Made by a program: the position numbers and the translations under genes. A stretch of 64,000 bases of DNA from Octopus vulgaris. Its lineage: Eukaryota. Of the stretch, positions 13,470 to 28,174 are shown piece after piece. A model generated the notes under the pieces. That model saw nothing but the letters and a program-made list of their open reading frames with translations. It was not told the origin of the DNA and ran no database searches. The first letter of the stretch is position 1. Every line of letters begins with the position of its first letter. The stretch spans positions 111,228,001 to 111,292,000 of the forward strand of contig OX597815.1 of the NCBI GenBank assembly GCA_951406725.2, written 5' to 3'.

Positions 13470-13802
13470 TTTTTTTATTGCCGACGAGGAGCTGCGCCTG
13501 GGCAGAAGATTTGAAAAAATTAGGATGTATAAGCAAGGGGCATATAATTGATTGCCTAGTGTTTATATATTAAATCTGAAATGTACCTGTTGATGGCAAT
13601 TTCACCTAGCAATTTTTTTTATTTGCTAAACTAAAATCAGAAACGAATTGGTCCTGGAAACTAGATGGTAAAAGTTTTTATTTTTACATTTCGTTCCTTT
13701 CGGGATTTTATCCCTAATTTTGTGGTTTTAGAAGATAGGTATTCTTTCTTGCGTGAAGAATCTCATGAGTGGGTTCCTCTATTGCGTTTAAATATACACT
13801 GC

Positions 13803-13805
<3 letters not shown>
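13470..13805 (+). mobile_element. PLE-like terminal repeat with hammerhead-like relic
   Basis: CTGtTGA (13587), tg...tagcaa/ttgcta hairpin...ca, then GAAAC-gaattg-GTC (13640-13653); ends in (TA)n; homologous to 37240-37440. Confidence 0.5.
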
Positions 13806-13872
<67 letters not shown>

Positions 13873-13914
13873 TGTGTGTGTATGTGTGTGTGTGTATGTG
13901 TGTGTGTGTGTGCA

Positions 13915-14196
13915 ATGGCCCAGTGGTTAGCGCAGCGGACTCAAGTTTGTAGGATCGCGGATTCGATTTCCAGTCCGGACGTTGTGAGCGTTTATTAAGC
14001 GAAAACACCTAAACCTCCACGAGGCTCCGCGAGGGGAAGTGGCGATTCCTGTTGTGCTCTTTCACCACATTCTCACTCTTTCTTCTGTTGGCCTCCTCGC
14101 TTAACCAGCGGGGTGGAGTGTCATTTGAAGCGCATTGTGACCATCGATGTGTAGCAACATCTGATAGCCTGGTCGGTCACGGTGATCACTGTGATA
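13915..14196 (+). mobile_element. tRNA-derived SINE (family 3)
   Basis: A box TGGCCCAGTGG and B box GGATTCGATTTCC, followed by a non-tRNA body and a (cacggtgat/cactgtgat) tail repeat. Confidence 0.7.
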
Positions 14197-14307
14197 TATA
14201 TATATATATGATTGATTGATTGATTCTAGTTTCAGCTTATATATATATAAATGATTGATTGATTGATTCTAGTTTCAGCTTATGAGCTGTGGCCATGCTG
14301 GGGCACC

Positions 14308-14361
<54 letters not shown>

Positions 14362-14366
<5 letters not shown>

Positions 14367-14730
14367 GAGGCATATAAACGTTCCGGCGTACAAATAATAC
14401 AAATGATATAAAGAATTAAAAGGAATGAGGAATAATATTATACATCCAACAGCTATTTCCGGGTGCTCGTTGATCTATAATAATATTTGTAGATTGATTC
14501 CATCATAGGATGGAACGAGCCTCAGTCTTCAGGGAAGAGATATTATATTTCAGGTGTTAAAGAAAAGAAGTTCTCTGAAGACGGAGGCTCGTCTCATTCT
14601 ATGACGGAATCAACCTACAAATATTATCGTGGACCACCTAGCTTTCAGAAACAGCTGCTGGATTTGTAATACTGTTCTTCATCCCCTTTAGTTTTCTATA
14701 TGACTTGTATTCTGTGTCGGTCATTTTTAT
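14362..14730. mobile_element. Fold-back PLE-like element with two divergent hammerhead copies
   Basis: About 14392-14536 is inverted relative to about 14572-14715. Each arm has CTGAAGA...GAAA(C/T)-AGCT-G(T/C)T-gga, with (TA)n on both sides. Confidence 0.7.
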
Positions 14731-14909
14731 ATGTCTATGTATATGTATATATATATATATATATTACAAAATATATGTATATATCAACTATCCGATGATA
14801 CTAATATATTTAATACACCATTACATATCATATATTTAATATATTACATGTCATGTATTTAATATACTTTATATATTCACAAATCCAACTTGCTTATCTC
14901 TGTATTTGC

Positions 14910-14983
<74 letters not shown>

Positions 14984-15119
14984 TGATAAAACTTACTTGG
15001 AAAAGGATGCATGGCGTTCGATCATATAATAATATAAATAGTATACATATATATATGCATATATATGTATATATATGTACATACCTACATATATATATAT
15101 GTATATATACATGCATATA

Positions 15120-15410
15120 TGGGTACAGGACATCAAAAAAACGTTGAACACAATGGAAAACGAAAACATAAAAACAAAAACGTAGAAAAGTACTTTTTTT
15201 CTAACCAAAAAAACCCAACAAACAGACAGAGAAACGAGACATGCAACATAAAGAATATTACCCTTCATCAGCTGTTCCTGTTTCATCCACTCCGCGTCAG
15301 AAGGCATGGACAATACGCGACTTCGTTGAAACACTCCTTCCCACAACATAAATTAAATAAAATTTGGGATTTTTTGCGGAGGGTGAAAGTGATAACAAGA
15401 ACAGGACGTA
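15120..15410 (-). mobile_element. PLE-like repeat, same family as 38546-39100
   Basis: Shares gggtacaggacatca..., cccttcatcag and aaatttgggattttttgcggagggt with 38550-38830; flanked by TA/CA repeats. Confidence 0.6.
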
Positions 15411-15411
15411 T

Positions 15412-15445
<34 letters not shown>

Positions 15446-15559
15446 GCAAACACAATCACACGCGCTCGCGCGCACACACAAATATAATGGCTGTCCACTT
15501 GTGACTGAGGAAGACACTCATTAACCATTTCCCTCTGCTAAATACCAGCAATATCCGTG

Positions 15560-16460
15560 CATGAGCTATTGCAGCAACAGTCGGCTTCACCTGGTTTAGC
15601 TTTCACAGATTTCATGCTTTTCGAAGCGCACTAGTATAAGACCGGGCATCGGATATTTGCCCCGCCGGCGATTGCACAGCCTAATACTTTAGACCCAATA
15701 AGGCTAACATAGCACTTTAGAATCCCTACAGACATAATACAGAGATCAACCATTGCAAGATATCTAGTGCCATCATGGGTCTTAGGCTCAGAAATATGGG
15801 AGCCCATGATCTCATATGCAAGTAAAAATGCCCAAAATGTTCAATGCCATTTCCTGTATATCTGGTTTTATAAGGGTGACATACTACTAGAAACATATTT
15901 GGTACACGCCGGCACCAACCCGGGATTTCTGAGGTTCGCCAGATTTCTAGATACTGTTATCGCTGTCGACAATACCTACCTCTCCACAACCCAATGTGAT
16001 GCTCATAAATTCTTAATCTCCGCTATTCCTTCAGCCAGTCTCGCATCAATCGACTATTTACTTCTCTCAATACTTCTGTCTTCCGCTGACTGTTCGGCAA
16101 AGTGATTGATTTCTTCGCTAGCAACCCTTACTCGTATATTGCACACTACTTTTAACTTCAACTTTTTACTTCCCTGATAATTAAACTCCACAATTGCTTG
16201 TCTTCACGCCTCTTCTTTCTTCTTCCAGAAGAAACAGAAAATCTCCACCACAACAGATTTTAAAATTCATTAGACTCCAGTCGCAGCCAGCTAAATATCT
16301 TAAAATATTTTCGCTTCAGATATCCTGTTAAACTGCCCAAAATACTACTTTCTTGTCTCCCAAAACTTTTGCTTAATTCCCGCTAACCAGATCTGCTACA
16401 CTACATGAATACTTTACATTGACTAATGCACAAGTGATAACAGTGGTCGTTTTCGCAAAT
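15560..16460 (+). pseudogene. Highly degraded RTE-like LINE reverse transcriptase
   Basis: Broken frames give, in the expected order: QQS.SPG..FTD, FYKGDILLETYL (QGD.L.P motif), DTVIAVDNTYLSTTQCDAHKFL (D.DYADD.ALLS region), ISTTTDFKIH, and TLTNAQ. Confidence 0.45.
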
Positions 16461-19151
16461 TTCTTGATACCACTCATCTCACCAGACTCAGGGTGGATTT
16501 TCAGCCCAACATTTCAACTAACAAAATTATAGATCATATATTCATATCTGGAGTTTCTAAACATAATTTCCTCCATATTCTCGCAAAAAAAAAGAAGTGT
16601 ACTTATATTTACCTTTGGATTTCACATGCTGTAAGGAAATATTCGTCTTTTCTGAAGAAATATTGAAATCGTATTAAAAACACATGAAATCTCCATTCTT
16701 TCAGGCAACTGATTCACTCTTGTTCATCCAGCTAAGCCTATTTTCAGCACGACACTCTCTTTCCACAGGCGGGAAATTAAATTTAGCAGCGTTCATTGTC
16801 ACCTGTTTACATACATAACCAATTATTCTTAATTTTCATCTCTCAACGATTACCACTGACTTGTTTACATTGACCTCTGCGAAAAAGGCATTTAAAATTT
16901 TTCGTTAATTAAATACTTTCATCACTCTTGTATATGTATTCCATTTCTCTTCACTATGCTACTCATGTTGTTCAATTCTAATTGTAAAAAAGACTAGAAA
17001 ACTACATAAAATGTAAACTCATATTACTAGTTAATCCAGTACAAGAACAATAGTTATTTCTCTATGACGCAATAAGTGATGGTTCATCGTGTGTGATCAT
17101 CATATGAAATGTGGCTGGGCGTGTTGTTTACTGGCAGGTAAATAATATTAGCATTGAAGAATAAGCTTGAAAATGATAAGAATAGTCATCTCAATGCGGT
17201 CGGAAGTCTAGAAATGTTGCTGGCTTTATGGTTGTTACCTGTACAAAGAAATTTATTGCCCTTGATGTTTTCTGCCCCATTATATTAGACAAGTATCTTC
17301 AGGATTGATACATCCATGCCAGATATATCCATAATTACCGAGCAACAGACACACAGCGTTAAGTGAATAACTAGTAAATGAAAATTAGCAACAAGAATAA
17401 TGCAATATCCATGTTTGCTTTATAGAGGTAGAATTGTTGTATAATAAATTATCTCTCACATAACAGAAACAGAAATTCCATACGATATATTCACGTTAGA
17501 GATTATATCTTCATTAAGAATTTAGAGCAGATATAATGAACACAACAGAATATTTTTTATAGAATACAAACACTTGACCATCATTCAGGATCACCGTTCT
17601 TCCTCTATATTCTTAAAGGATGAATTGAAAACAACTTTTCAATACAACCTAAAGTCCAGCTCTTATATCTTGCATTCGGCAGAGGACATACTTCTAGATT
17701 TCTCACGCAGTCTATGAGATCACTAAACTTTTGATAAAATCACAAATAATCTATAAGAAAATAGGAATAAATACAAATCATCATCATCAAATATGTTTAT
17801 TTTCCAAAATAAACTTCGGTGCATAGAAACAACGTCAATCGTACAAAATAAAATAAAACGTCTGTTTGATGTTAGAATGTACACATAAAATGAAAAACGA
17901 TAAATTTAAAACGAAATAATATTGAATAACAAAAAATCTATTACTTGAACAGGTTGTCACAAAAGACTAGAAACATTCACAATATTTGATATATAAATGT
18001 TTAGCTTTTCATTCTTTTTTTATGTGCAATTCAAGGTGTATTTTGTTCATAACCGTTTTACTTTCTTACATTATTTTACTCTCCAGTGTCCAAATTTTCT
18101 TGTATAAATTTATTAAAAGAAATAGACAAGTATGAAGAATATTTGTTTCTTGTGCTTCTATTTTGATTTGTTGTTTTGTTTGTGATTTAGTCTGCATCAT
18201 ATAATTTCAATTACTTTTTTCTCTCTCCATATTATATTTATTTATTATCTCTATCATGCTGAAAATACCATTTCTTTTTCGCATAGTATTCAAACATTTT
18301 ATTTCAAAACTAAAAAAATTGACTGAACATTTCACGAAAACATGTGAATATCCATGTGACTTTCCTCTCACTGGGCGAGCCGCGAGTTAAAAATGAATTT
18401 ATACTGCATTTTATCTATTGTATTACCTTCTCTGTTCTTATCTCAATGAGATCAGCTTTATCTTTCATCTCTACATGGTCGATAAAATAAAGTATCAGCC
18501 AAGTCTATTTCATTGAGTAACCCATCCTCCTTAAGCTTGTAGTCATGATATTTAATAAATTGCTATGTATTGTATTCTATTGTATTTGAACAAAAGAAGA
18601 AGGGAATATTTGAGTTCAGAAACAACAACGATCATTTTTTTAAATTCATTTTTTCTGAGATGAATACAAAATACCAGTCATGAAGTGCGTTTCACATAAC
18701 CATATGATGTACCGTTGGAAAAGAATATTGGTTAAAGAAGGAAAGATAATACAACAAACAGAAGTGGCGTTAAAACAAAAATCAAATGAGGAATTTAAAG
18801 CGTTGAAGTAATTACAGAACTAGATCAAGATTATGGATAGTACAAATCATGAACAACTGGTATCTGAAAGAAAATTCTTTAGCAAGCTTCTCCGTGGCTT
18901 TATTTACCTCGCATTTCTGAGATTTCACTAGGAAATTTCGAAACTATGTTATTTTAAAATGATTTGAATTAATGATTCCTGAACGTATGACTGCATAGCA
19001 CAGTGACTGCGTACTTAGAAATAGTTTTATTTCTAGCAATGTCAAAAACGTTAGAAATAAACTAAAATGTGTATCGATTTATAGAATTTTGTGCCACTTC
19101 TACTACAAGTGACAGTATTACGACGTTTCTGTACACACACACACACGCACG

Positions 19152-19243
<92 letters not shown>

Positions 19244-19258
19244 TATGCGCGTGTGTGT

Positions 19259-19850
19259 ATACAGTGTCACCGAGCTGGCTGAATGAATTGTAAACAATTT
19301 CCTTCGTGTTATTTTTCAATATCGTAAAACTGTGAAATCTGATTTAGAGGTGTCCATTATGATATGTGTTACCATGCAGTAATATATAAAATAATAATTA
19401 CACATATAGATCTTGCCCCACAGATCCAAATCGGACTTGAAGCAAGGTTTCATGTAGACAACAAATTTTGATCTGTTTTATGTAAACTAATTTCCCGAAT
19501 TAATAGTAAAATAACAGCCGTCCAGGGAGTAGAGTGGCACCCATATCTTCATAATCTTACACTTGTTCGTAAAATCACAAAAAATTTCTTACCGGGAAAA
19601 ACAATTAAATTTTGCATAAAATGAATTATATTAAAAGGGGGTGTCGGTAGTAATACAAAAGAAGTGAATATTTTCAGTGGATATAATAAATAATATCCAT
19701 TCATACATACATGAAATTCGACCAACTTTTATCTATTGAAACACGGCAGTATCTGCATTTACTTATTCAGTACTGGAAAATTAATTATGCACCTTATATA
19801 GCGTTTCAGCAAAATTTTGCCATCGAAGTCTGTAAAAATATTGCAGAGTG
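19259..19850 (+). mobile_element. Possible degraded Tc1/mariner-superfamily element
   Basis: Starts TA-CAGTG. GVEWHPYLHNLT at about 19525-19565 resembles the WPPYSPDLTP transposase motif. The 3' boundary is uncertain. Confidence 0.3.
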
Positions 19851-20118
19851 ACCACTGTTAAGAAAATGTATAGCGACTAGCCATATTATTGCAGTATTTA
19901 TTATTTACTCCTCAAAATGTTACTATTGTTGGCTTTCATCGTTCGGCGTTTGATAAAATAAGGATCAGATGCATCAAGGATTGTGCTTCAGATAATCCTA
20001 AAGCTTGTGTCACTTTTTGAAATGATCATTACTCATACTAATCATTCTGTACAAATAAACATTTCAATGTCGTGAGTTAATAGTTAACAGTTCAACTTTG
20101 ATAGTAATTCTAATATAT

Positions 20119-20463
20119 TACTCTTTTACTTGTTTCAGTCCATGGACCACCGCCTTTTAGTCGAGCAAATAGACACCAGGACTTATTCTTTGTAAGCCTA
20201 GTACCTATTCTATTGGTCTCCTTTGCCGAACCGCTAAGTTACGAGGATGTAAACACACCTGCATCGGTTGTCAAGGGATGTTAGGTGGGGGGCAAACACA
20301 GACACACAAACATATACACACCTATACATATATATATACATACATACATACGACGGGCTCCTTTCAAGGTCCGTCTACCAAATCGACCCACAAGGCTTTG
20401 GTCGGCCCGAGCCTATAGTAGAAGACAGTTGCCCAAGGTGTCACGCAGTGGGACTGAACCCGG
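20119..20463 (-). mobile_element. SINE family 1
   Basis: Aligns to 823-1225; 5' head truncated. Confidence 0.9.
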
Positions 20464-21418
20464 ATAATTTAACTTTGCAGAATAAGAATTAATTCTACTA
20501 TCTGAGCTCTTGTGACTTCTTTAGCAATTCTTATAGTGATACACCCGGACGCCATCAGGTATATATTGCATTTGGATCGGTATATGACATTTGATTTGTT
20601 TTCTTAATCCTTAATATAAACTACATACTTATGTTGGAATGGATTTGACGCAAAATCGAATAATAGCTGGTGTTCAGTTTATCACGTCCAGAACTAGACA
20701 AGGAATGATTAAATATGTACGATTTCTCGTAACAGATTTAATATTCTGTCCTTGCTAGAATATTACATATTTTAGCACCTATATACTGTACATGTACAGG
20801 TGAATCAGTTTCTAATTCTGTATAGTGAAGATTTCAGCCTTTGCTATGTTGTTCTATTTATTTGTTGGGAGTACTGATAAGTGTTTTACTATATCTCCAT
20901 GCATTATATTCTATAGTTAGAAATCTGTATTATGCTTCGTCCATTATCACCATTTTCTAACACTCTATTTAATAAATTGGATATATCTAATTGAAATATA
21001 TTATGCATCATGTAATATAATCCTTTAATGATTCAATCACTACTAGCTTTCAATATTTTTGTTTGACCCAAAAGGATTCAAATATAACTGTCCTCATCTT
21101 TAAAAGGATTTCAAATCTCATGGGATAGATTTCATTTTCAAAACTCCACAGATTTATGAAAATTATGTTAGAAAATGTTTCGTTGAAACTTGTTACGAAA
21201 TATACCGTTTGAGATTTAGTGATGAATTTTTTGTTTTGTTAATTCTTCAGAAATATATTATGCAACTCTATGATTGATAGAATAATTAAATTTTATTATA
21301 TCCGTTTTTTTTTAAATATTAAATATCCTTTCTTAATTTACTCCATACATAACTATAAAAATAAGCGTGTCTTTGCATGTGTGTATGTATGTATCTATTT
21401 ATCTATCCCTCTATTTAT

Positions 21419-21498
<80 letters not shown>

Positions 21499-21578
21499 AT
21501 ATATATATATGTATACAGACACACAGAGGCACACAGAGACACACATACATACACACTCATATATATAATTTATATATA

Positions 21579-21612
<34 letters not shown>

Positions 21613-21861
21613 CATTTATATACAAGTACACACGTATATATGTATATGTATGTATGTATGTAAGTACGTGTGTATACATGTATTCGTATGCATGTGTGCG
21701 TTTTTCTGCTTGTGAGTGTATTAAAGCGCACAACACATAAATCCTGATATGAATGAAAACATAATGTTGATACTACTTTTCTAATAATAGTATTACGTAA
21801 AATTTTCTTTCCTCTTTATTTCATGTTTCACTTAAATTTATTTGTATTTATTTTTGGTTAC

Positions 21862-22120
21862 CTGTACACTCTGGGAATCTCATGATTCGTTCGTACATGT
21901 CAAATAGAGTTAACAGTAGCAACTTTGAAAGCACGAATTTCATCAAATACAATATTTTTTTCACGGCATGTCACTCGGCACAGCAATAGATTTAGGAAGT
22001 TTCTATCTTTATTTTCCTTTACTTTTTCAATAATCTTCATAAATTTAGAAGGTTTTGTACATTTGGAAGAAAATAATATTTCCTGTTTATCTACGTTTTG
22101 AACGAAACTAAAATTCTGCA
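21862..22120 (-). other. Candidate spliced exon (last coding exon or non-coding)
   Basis: Strong acceptor ttcttttccttgtttcAG and donor CAG|GTAACC. One frame is open from the acceptor to a TGA at 21900; no recognisable homology. Confidence 0.3.
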
Positions 22121-22845
22121 CTGAAACAAGGAAAAGAATTATATATAAAAAAAACGTAGAACTTCCACTTTAGGTTTACTGAATTGAAGCAATTCTTACA
22201 TTTACATTCACAATGTACCATCCTGAAAATACTTCAGTAATCATTCACAAAATTTAAATAGGAAACAATAAATTATATTGAAATGTCATCTATTGCTTAC
22301 TCTTTGACCACTGATAAGCGGTTTTACGAGAAAAAACGTATCACAATGTTAACAATGTACATCAGTACTTCTGCAATTGCGAAATTATTAAGCACAAAAC
22401 CTTAAAATTACAGTCAAATCTTCGTCTAATCTTCTTTAAAGTCACTTGAGCTCTCAACATTGCCGTCTTTTGCGTTAACTGTAAATATTCTTTTCAAAAC
22501 TCTACGCTTTCAAGTCCCCTTAGATAGTATGGATACATAAATCGAATGGTTATGTTAACATAGTAGTATGACATACCATCCACATCTCTTAGCCATCGTG
22601 GTTAAAACATATGGATGACATGTCAAAAAATATAAGAATCCCACTTAAAACTTAATTTAAACAACCTGCATTTAGCATATTAAATCGCTACTATTTAGCA
22701 CATTGTGCATACATCAAATGAAACACGCTAGAATGTTCGCGAAATATAAAACTGAAAAGGATTTAAAAGCGATTGTCCACAGACAAAATTAAATATTTAA
22801 CCTAATAATTCAGAACAAAATAATACTCGCGCGTGGCGCACGCAC

Positions 22846-22898
<53 letters not shown>

Positions 22899-23235
22899 CC
22901 CACAGGGCAGAAATATAGAAAAAAAATGAATTTGAAAAGGTACAGGGATACGTTTAGCTTTATTACTTTTACATTTTTAAATAATATACTGGTTTCACAG
23001 ATTTATCAGAGTTTCAAGAGTTGAGATAGAAATACGTAGAGTTAGATTGTAACTCTTTTTCTTCTGAGAAGCAGCTCAGTTGCAGCATAAGTTCACGTCT
23101 TTCTATCTTTACTTTTGAAACTCTGAGAGATCTGTGAAACCAGTATTCTGTAAAAATTTAAAAAAAGAATCTAAACGAATCCTTGTGCATTTTCACCTTC
23201 ATTTGTTTCTATATTTCTACTCGTATAGAATAAAA
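22899..23235. mobile_element. Fold-back PLE-like element with compact hammerhead-like relic
   Basis: About 22910-23035 is inverted relative to about 23098-23220. The arms carry CTGA(gag/ta)A-(a)tctgt-GAAAC-CA-GTA; the element follows (TA)n. Confidence 0.6.
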
Positions 23236-24275
23236 TAACAGTCTCTCTCTCTCTCTGTTTCTCTGTTTCTCTCTCTACGCACACACATACATACATCATA
23301 TATTCATACACTCATACACATACACTTACATACATACACACACACATATATATAAGTACACAGTGATGTTTTCTGTAGTGTTTTGCACAAGAAAAGAACG
23401 CTCAATGTAGTGGGAGAAAAATAAGGAATGACTATCTAATCTTGACTATTAAAACTAGTTTTAATAATTTTAATTTATGAAATATAAAAATATGTGATTA
23501 TGAAATGCAGCATATTTGATATTTTAGTGAGTCGTTATATGGAATACATTGGTAAGAAGAAGACGGTAAGTCGTATAAAGGAAACTAAAATTGTACTTAA
23601 GAAATCAGGGAAAGAAAGGTAATCCTTCCATAATTGAATCAGGATTGCTGTATTATCCGTGGTGCCGTGATACAAGTGATGGCGACCATGATTTCTATCA
23701 TAATAATGGCAACGAAAGTAATCGTTGAAGAAATGGATCTGAGATAAAATATATAGGAATTGTTTTGATGCTATCATATATAACTGCCAGAGAATGTCGT
23801 TGTAAGAAAATGAAATTACTCCTTAATCACAGAGAATTTAGCTTTGTAAGTCGGCTGTTACAGAAGAGTAGTTGTGTTCTTCGATTACCCCAGAGATTCA
23901 AACTTTGTTATTTCTGCGATACCAAATGCATTATTTAATACAACTTCTCCATTGTAAGCCTCAGTTGTTTTCAGAGTCTTGGACAAAGATATATGCGCAC
24001 TGATTGCTTTGTAATGCTTGGCTAAATTCAATCAAAAGAAAAACACAAGAAGAAATTGTAATCATAAATTCTCCACTTTAAGATAAATATTTGTTGTTGC
24101 TTTCCAAAATATTGTTAAATTTCCTTCGTGAATGGCACTTATTAAAATAATGCAAAAAATATGTTTTGAAGTGTCTCGTTGCTGAGGAAAAGGTCAAGAT
24201 TTATAGATTATATGTACAATCAATTTAAGTGATATCTCCGAAATGATCCTCGGTATCATTTTGTTGAAAGTTATC

Positions 24276-24428
<153 letters not shown>

Positions 24429-24849
24429 AAAAAATACACATACGGTCTACTTATAATACTAAATAATCCTTCTGTCTGATTAATTTTGATTTTTTGGAAG
24501 ACTGCATCTCTATTTAAAATTATACGTCTTATGTCGGCAGATTGAATAAAAAAATATATAATTTCTTTTTTTCCGATTGTTAACTCCACCATACAGAATT
24601 TTTAAAGAAGTTATATAAATTGATGCAACGAAATATTTTTAATAAAACTATTTATTTAGTTATATGGCTGAAGAAAACTAACCTAAATAGGGGAATGCCA
24701 TCTCCCCGACTCATGAAAATGATCCAAAGTCAAATGATCCAAAAATTCACCCAGATAAGATACTACCTTAAGCTTTCCATTTGATAGCAATGTGTTACAA
24801 ATTACGATGGAACTTTCACTAGATTAATGATGTCTCATATATTGGTTTA

Positions 24850-24992
24850 AAATTTTGGCACAAGGCCACCAAGAGGAAGGGGTTAATCAAAAGAATGAAA
24901 GGCAAAGGCAACATCGTCGAAATTGGGATTCGGAAGCGGACGACATGCCGCTAGGTACTCTGTCCAGAGTAACGATTCTGCTACCTCGCCAC
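24850..24992 (-). mobile_element. SINE family 2, degraded
   Basis: Minus strand ggtggcgaggtagcagaatcgtt...gcctttcattc matches the head and core of the 34478 units. Confidence 0.6.
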
Positions 24993-25898
24993 CTTATTTA
25001 TGTCGTATACATTGATTGAGATTGAATACCGTTAATGAATACCGGTTGAATAAAAGATACTTTTATTTCATAAAGAGCTATATACTAATAGTATTCTTGA
25101 AGGAAAATAATGGTGTGTATTCCTGTTATCAGCAACCAATAATAAACATGATGCTGTTCCTTAAAATCTATATTAGTATTTAACATTTTTTTCTCATTGA
25201 ATATGACACTATTCAATGCATCATCAAGTATGATCTATATAAAATGTGCACAGACAGAAGTTACAAATAGAATAATTAAATTAAACTGTCTTTATAAATA
25301 ATTATAGATGCAATAAAGAATCACAAGAGAATATATGGTCCCTTCCGAGGTCATAAAGCAGAGGTAGAATAAAAACAATGAAATTGAGATATTTGAGTCT
25401 ATGACTTTCTACCTAAGTTTTATATTTACATATATATGGATGTTAAACCTTTAACTTTCCTTTTTGTTTATAGGAAAACAATGTAGTTATGTATCTATTC
25501 CCAGTGACACGATTATCCGTTTTTACTTTACTGTATAATTGCTTCGCTGAAACAATTAAGTCATTATCTGGAGGCCGCGTTGAGTCACTTACTTAGAGTT
25601 TTAGGTACGTAGATATAGATTTTATCTCAGCTTCGATGGCATTGGCAGAAATTTTTGATCATTTTCTAATGATCTAGCTAAATTTACATCTAGGATTATA
25701 GACAGCTCCCGTTTATTTTATTAGCGTTGTTTATCGGAAACTGAACTGTTTCATTATACGTTTTTCATTAGCAGTCAAAATTGTTTAGTGTTTGCATTTA
25801 CATTAATAGTCCCAATCTTCAACGAGTTTTGAGGCAATTAGAAAAAGAGGGAGAGAAGGACTCATAGACCGTCACAATTACACAGAAGCACACTGACA

Positions 25899-25964
<66 letters not shown>

Positions 25965-26469
25965 ATCAGCGTCATTGTGCTGTCCGAAGGAAACGCCATA
26001 TTCACCTCTTGAGACATCTAACACTCTTAAAAGAGGAAATGGATAATCATGTTCCAGATAAATTGAAATGCTTTAATTCTAAACATTTTTTATTGGAGAC
26101 AACCTGGGGTGAATCTTTAACAACTATAACAGAAATAACTGAAATATATGACTCTTCAATGTTCTACATTTTGATGTGTTTTCAGTCGTATATTAGTTTC
26201 TATATAATGTCAATTCCTTTCAATATTCCTAAGAATATATTAAATATCAAATGTCTAAATTATAATTCATTATATTCTATTTGAATTTGTCCGTAGTTCA
26301 TAAAATATGAACTGGTTTCTCTTTCGCTATTGTCTTGCACGTTACTAAATTCGTAAAGTACTCTTCGAAGAAAGAAACCGTGTATCGCACTGTTCTCTTC
26401 ATTTATAACTGACCGAACACATAACATATATTTCATTTTATGATTGATCTCGTTCATTCCTGTCTTTAA

Positions 26470-26685
26470 CCCTTTCATTACCAACCCAGCTGAAACCGGC
26501 TCTAGCCCTAAGTATAAATGTCTTGCTTTCATCAGTTTTGAATTAAAACCTACCAAACCTTAGAGACAATTTATGTTCCTAACACTAGCTAATCGTAACT
26601 AAAGTATTTTACCAAATTCCTTGTTATATATAAAGTAATTGAAAGAAACACGGAGTATCTCAAAATAAATACAGTAACGAAAGGG
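26470..26685. mobile_element. piggyBac-like MITE
   Basis: TTAA|CCCTTTCATTAC ... GTAACGAAAGGG|TTAA: terminal inverted repeats with TTAA duplication; non-coding. Confidence 0.8.
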
Positions 26686-28115
26686 TTAAAGCTCCTTTTT
26701 CCCAGAAAAAAGAAATGTTTATAGGACACTTTTGGAATATACATGTATATCTTCTCCTAAATCTTTTTTATCGCTCAGAATAATGTGTTGCTGATTTCAT
26801 ATAAAATTCATTTAATGTCTAGTATTCTTTCTTTATTTCAGATTTCTTTTGCTTTTCACATTTCAAAGAAACCAAATCAAGGATTTTCAGCATTTATCTT
26901 TCCAATATACGCCATCAGGACTGTTGCATCAACTTTTGTTAATGCTGCAGTAATTTCCGTAACTGCTGTTTCTAATTCAGCAATATTCATTCACCACTAT
27001 AATTTTATTGTACTTGTTATCTTGCATTTTATTATTTTGACTGACAATCAATATTCCATGATAAAGATTACTTCATAGCATAATTTAGTAAGAGATGATT
27101 ACTGAAATGCAAAATTTAAAGAAGTGCAAAGTTATTCTATATTAATACCAACGTTTGCTTTTCATCCTCAATTAGTCTCAGTAATATATGGTAATAACAA
27201 AGTAATAAATCCAGCAAAGAGAAAATATGGATATTCATACCTATAGCTAAGATGTACCAAATGTGTACCCAGGCATGATTGTGATTTGCCACGGAAGATG
27301 TGTTCTTGCCTTGATTGAAAATATGCGTGTACTGAGATAATGCAAATATTATCATTAATTTCAACGAAATACACATGCATATGCATGTAGAGTTATAGAC
27401 AATTGCAAACGCAAATATACCAACACAGAAATATAAAGACGTATATATACATCTATTCTCATACATGCATTCATATCTAGACACAGATAAATGTGTTTGT
27501 GTGTGTATGAGTGCACATGTAAAGAAATCCTATGAATCGTTAATGTTGGAACAAGTTACGTTCTGTAAGGTCGATTCACGGATTCCTTCGACTGACAGCT
27601 TCAGCAAACGAAGCAGTAGCAGCTGAAGGATACTGCTTCACAAACGTAATTCGACTTGATTTTTTAACTTTTCAAACAAATAAAAATTTTAAAGAGGCAA
27701 CTGACATCACCTGGAAGTAACTTTAAACAAATTTATTCATCAGCTTGTGTATTTAAAACTACTGCCATAGAAGGTCGTTGGAATAAAAAAAAAACTGATA
27801 CGTGTGTATTTAATATACACTGTAATCTATATAAAATATAGAATTGAAGAAATAATGTTTACATAGCTCTCTGGAGATTACCGAGTCTGAAATTTCTGTA
27901 AAATCTAATGAATTACATGAGGACTGGGTTTGTGGAACTCCCACTAAAATCTTATAGAAATCCAAGTTCATGTAATTATTATTCTGCACTTATAGAATTG
28001 ACTGCTTTATTTGGTATAGATAAACTTTGTCTAAGTGACAACAAATATACACATTCTCAGACATCGTTCTATATCTACATACATACATATGTGTATATAT
28101 AGGCATTAACAATAT

Positions 28116-28171
<56 letters not shown>

Positions 28172-28174
<3 letters not shown>

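Noticed and set aside
13915-13990. tRNA gene
   Set aside because: A/B boxes are present, but there is no complete cloverleaf or T-run terminator and the sequence continues into a SINE body. The same holds for the heads at 8772 and 34478.
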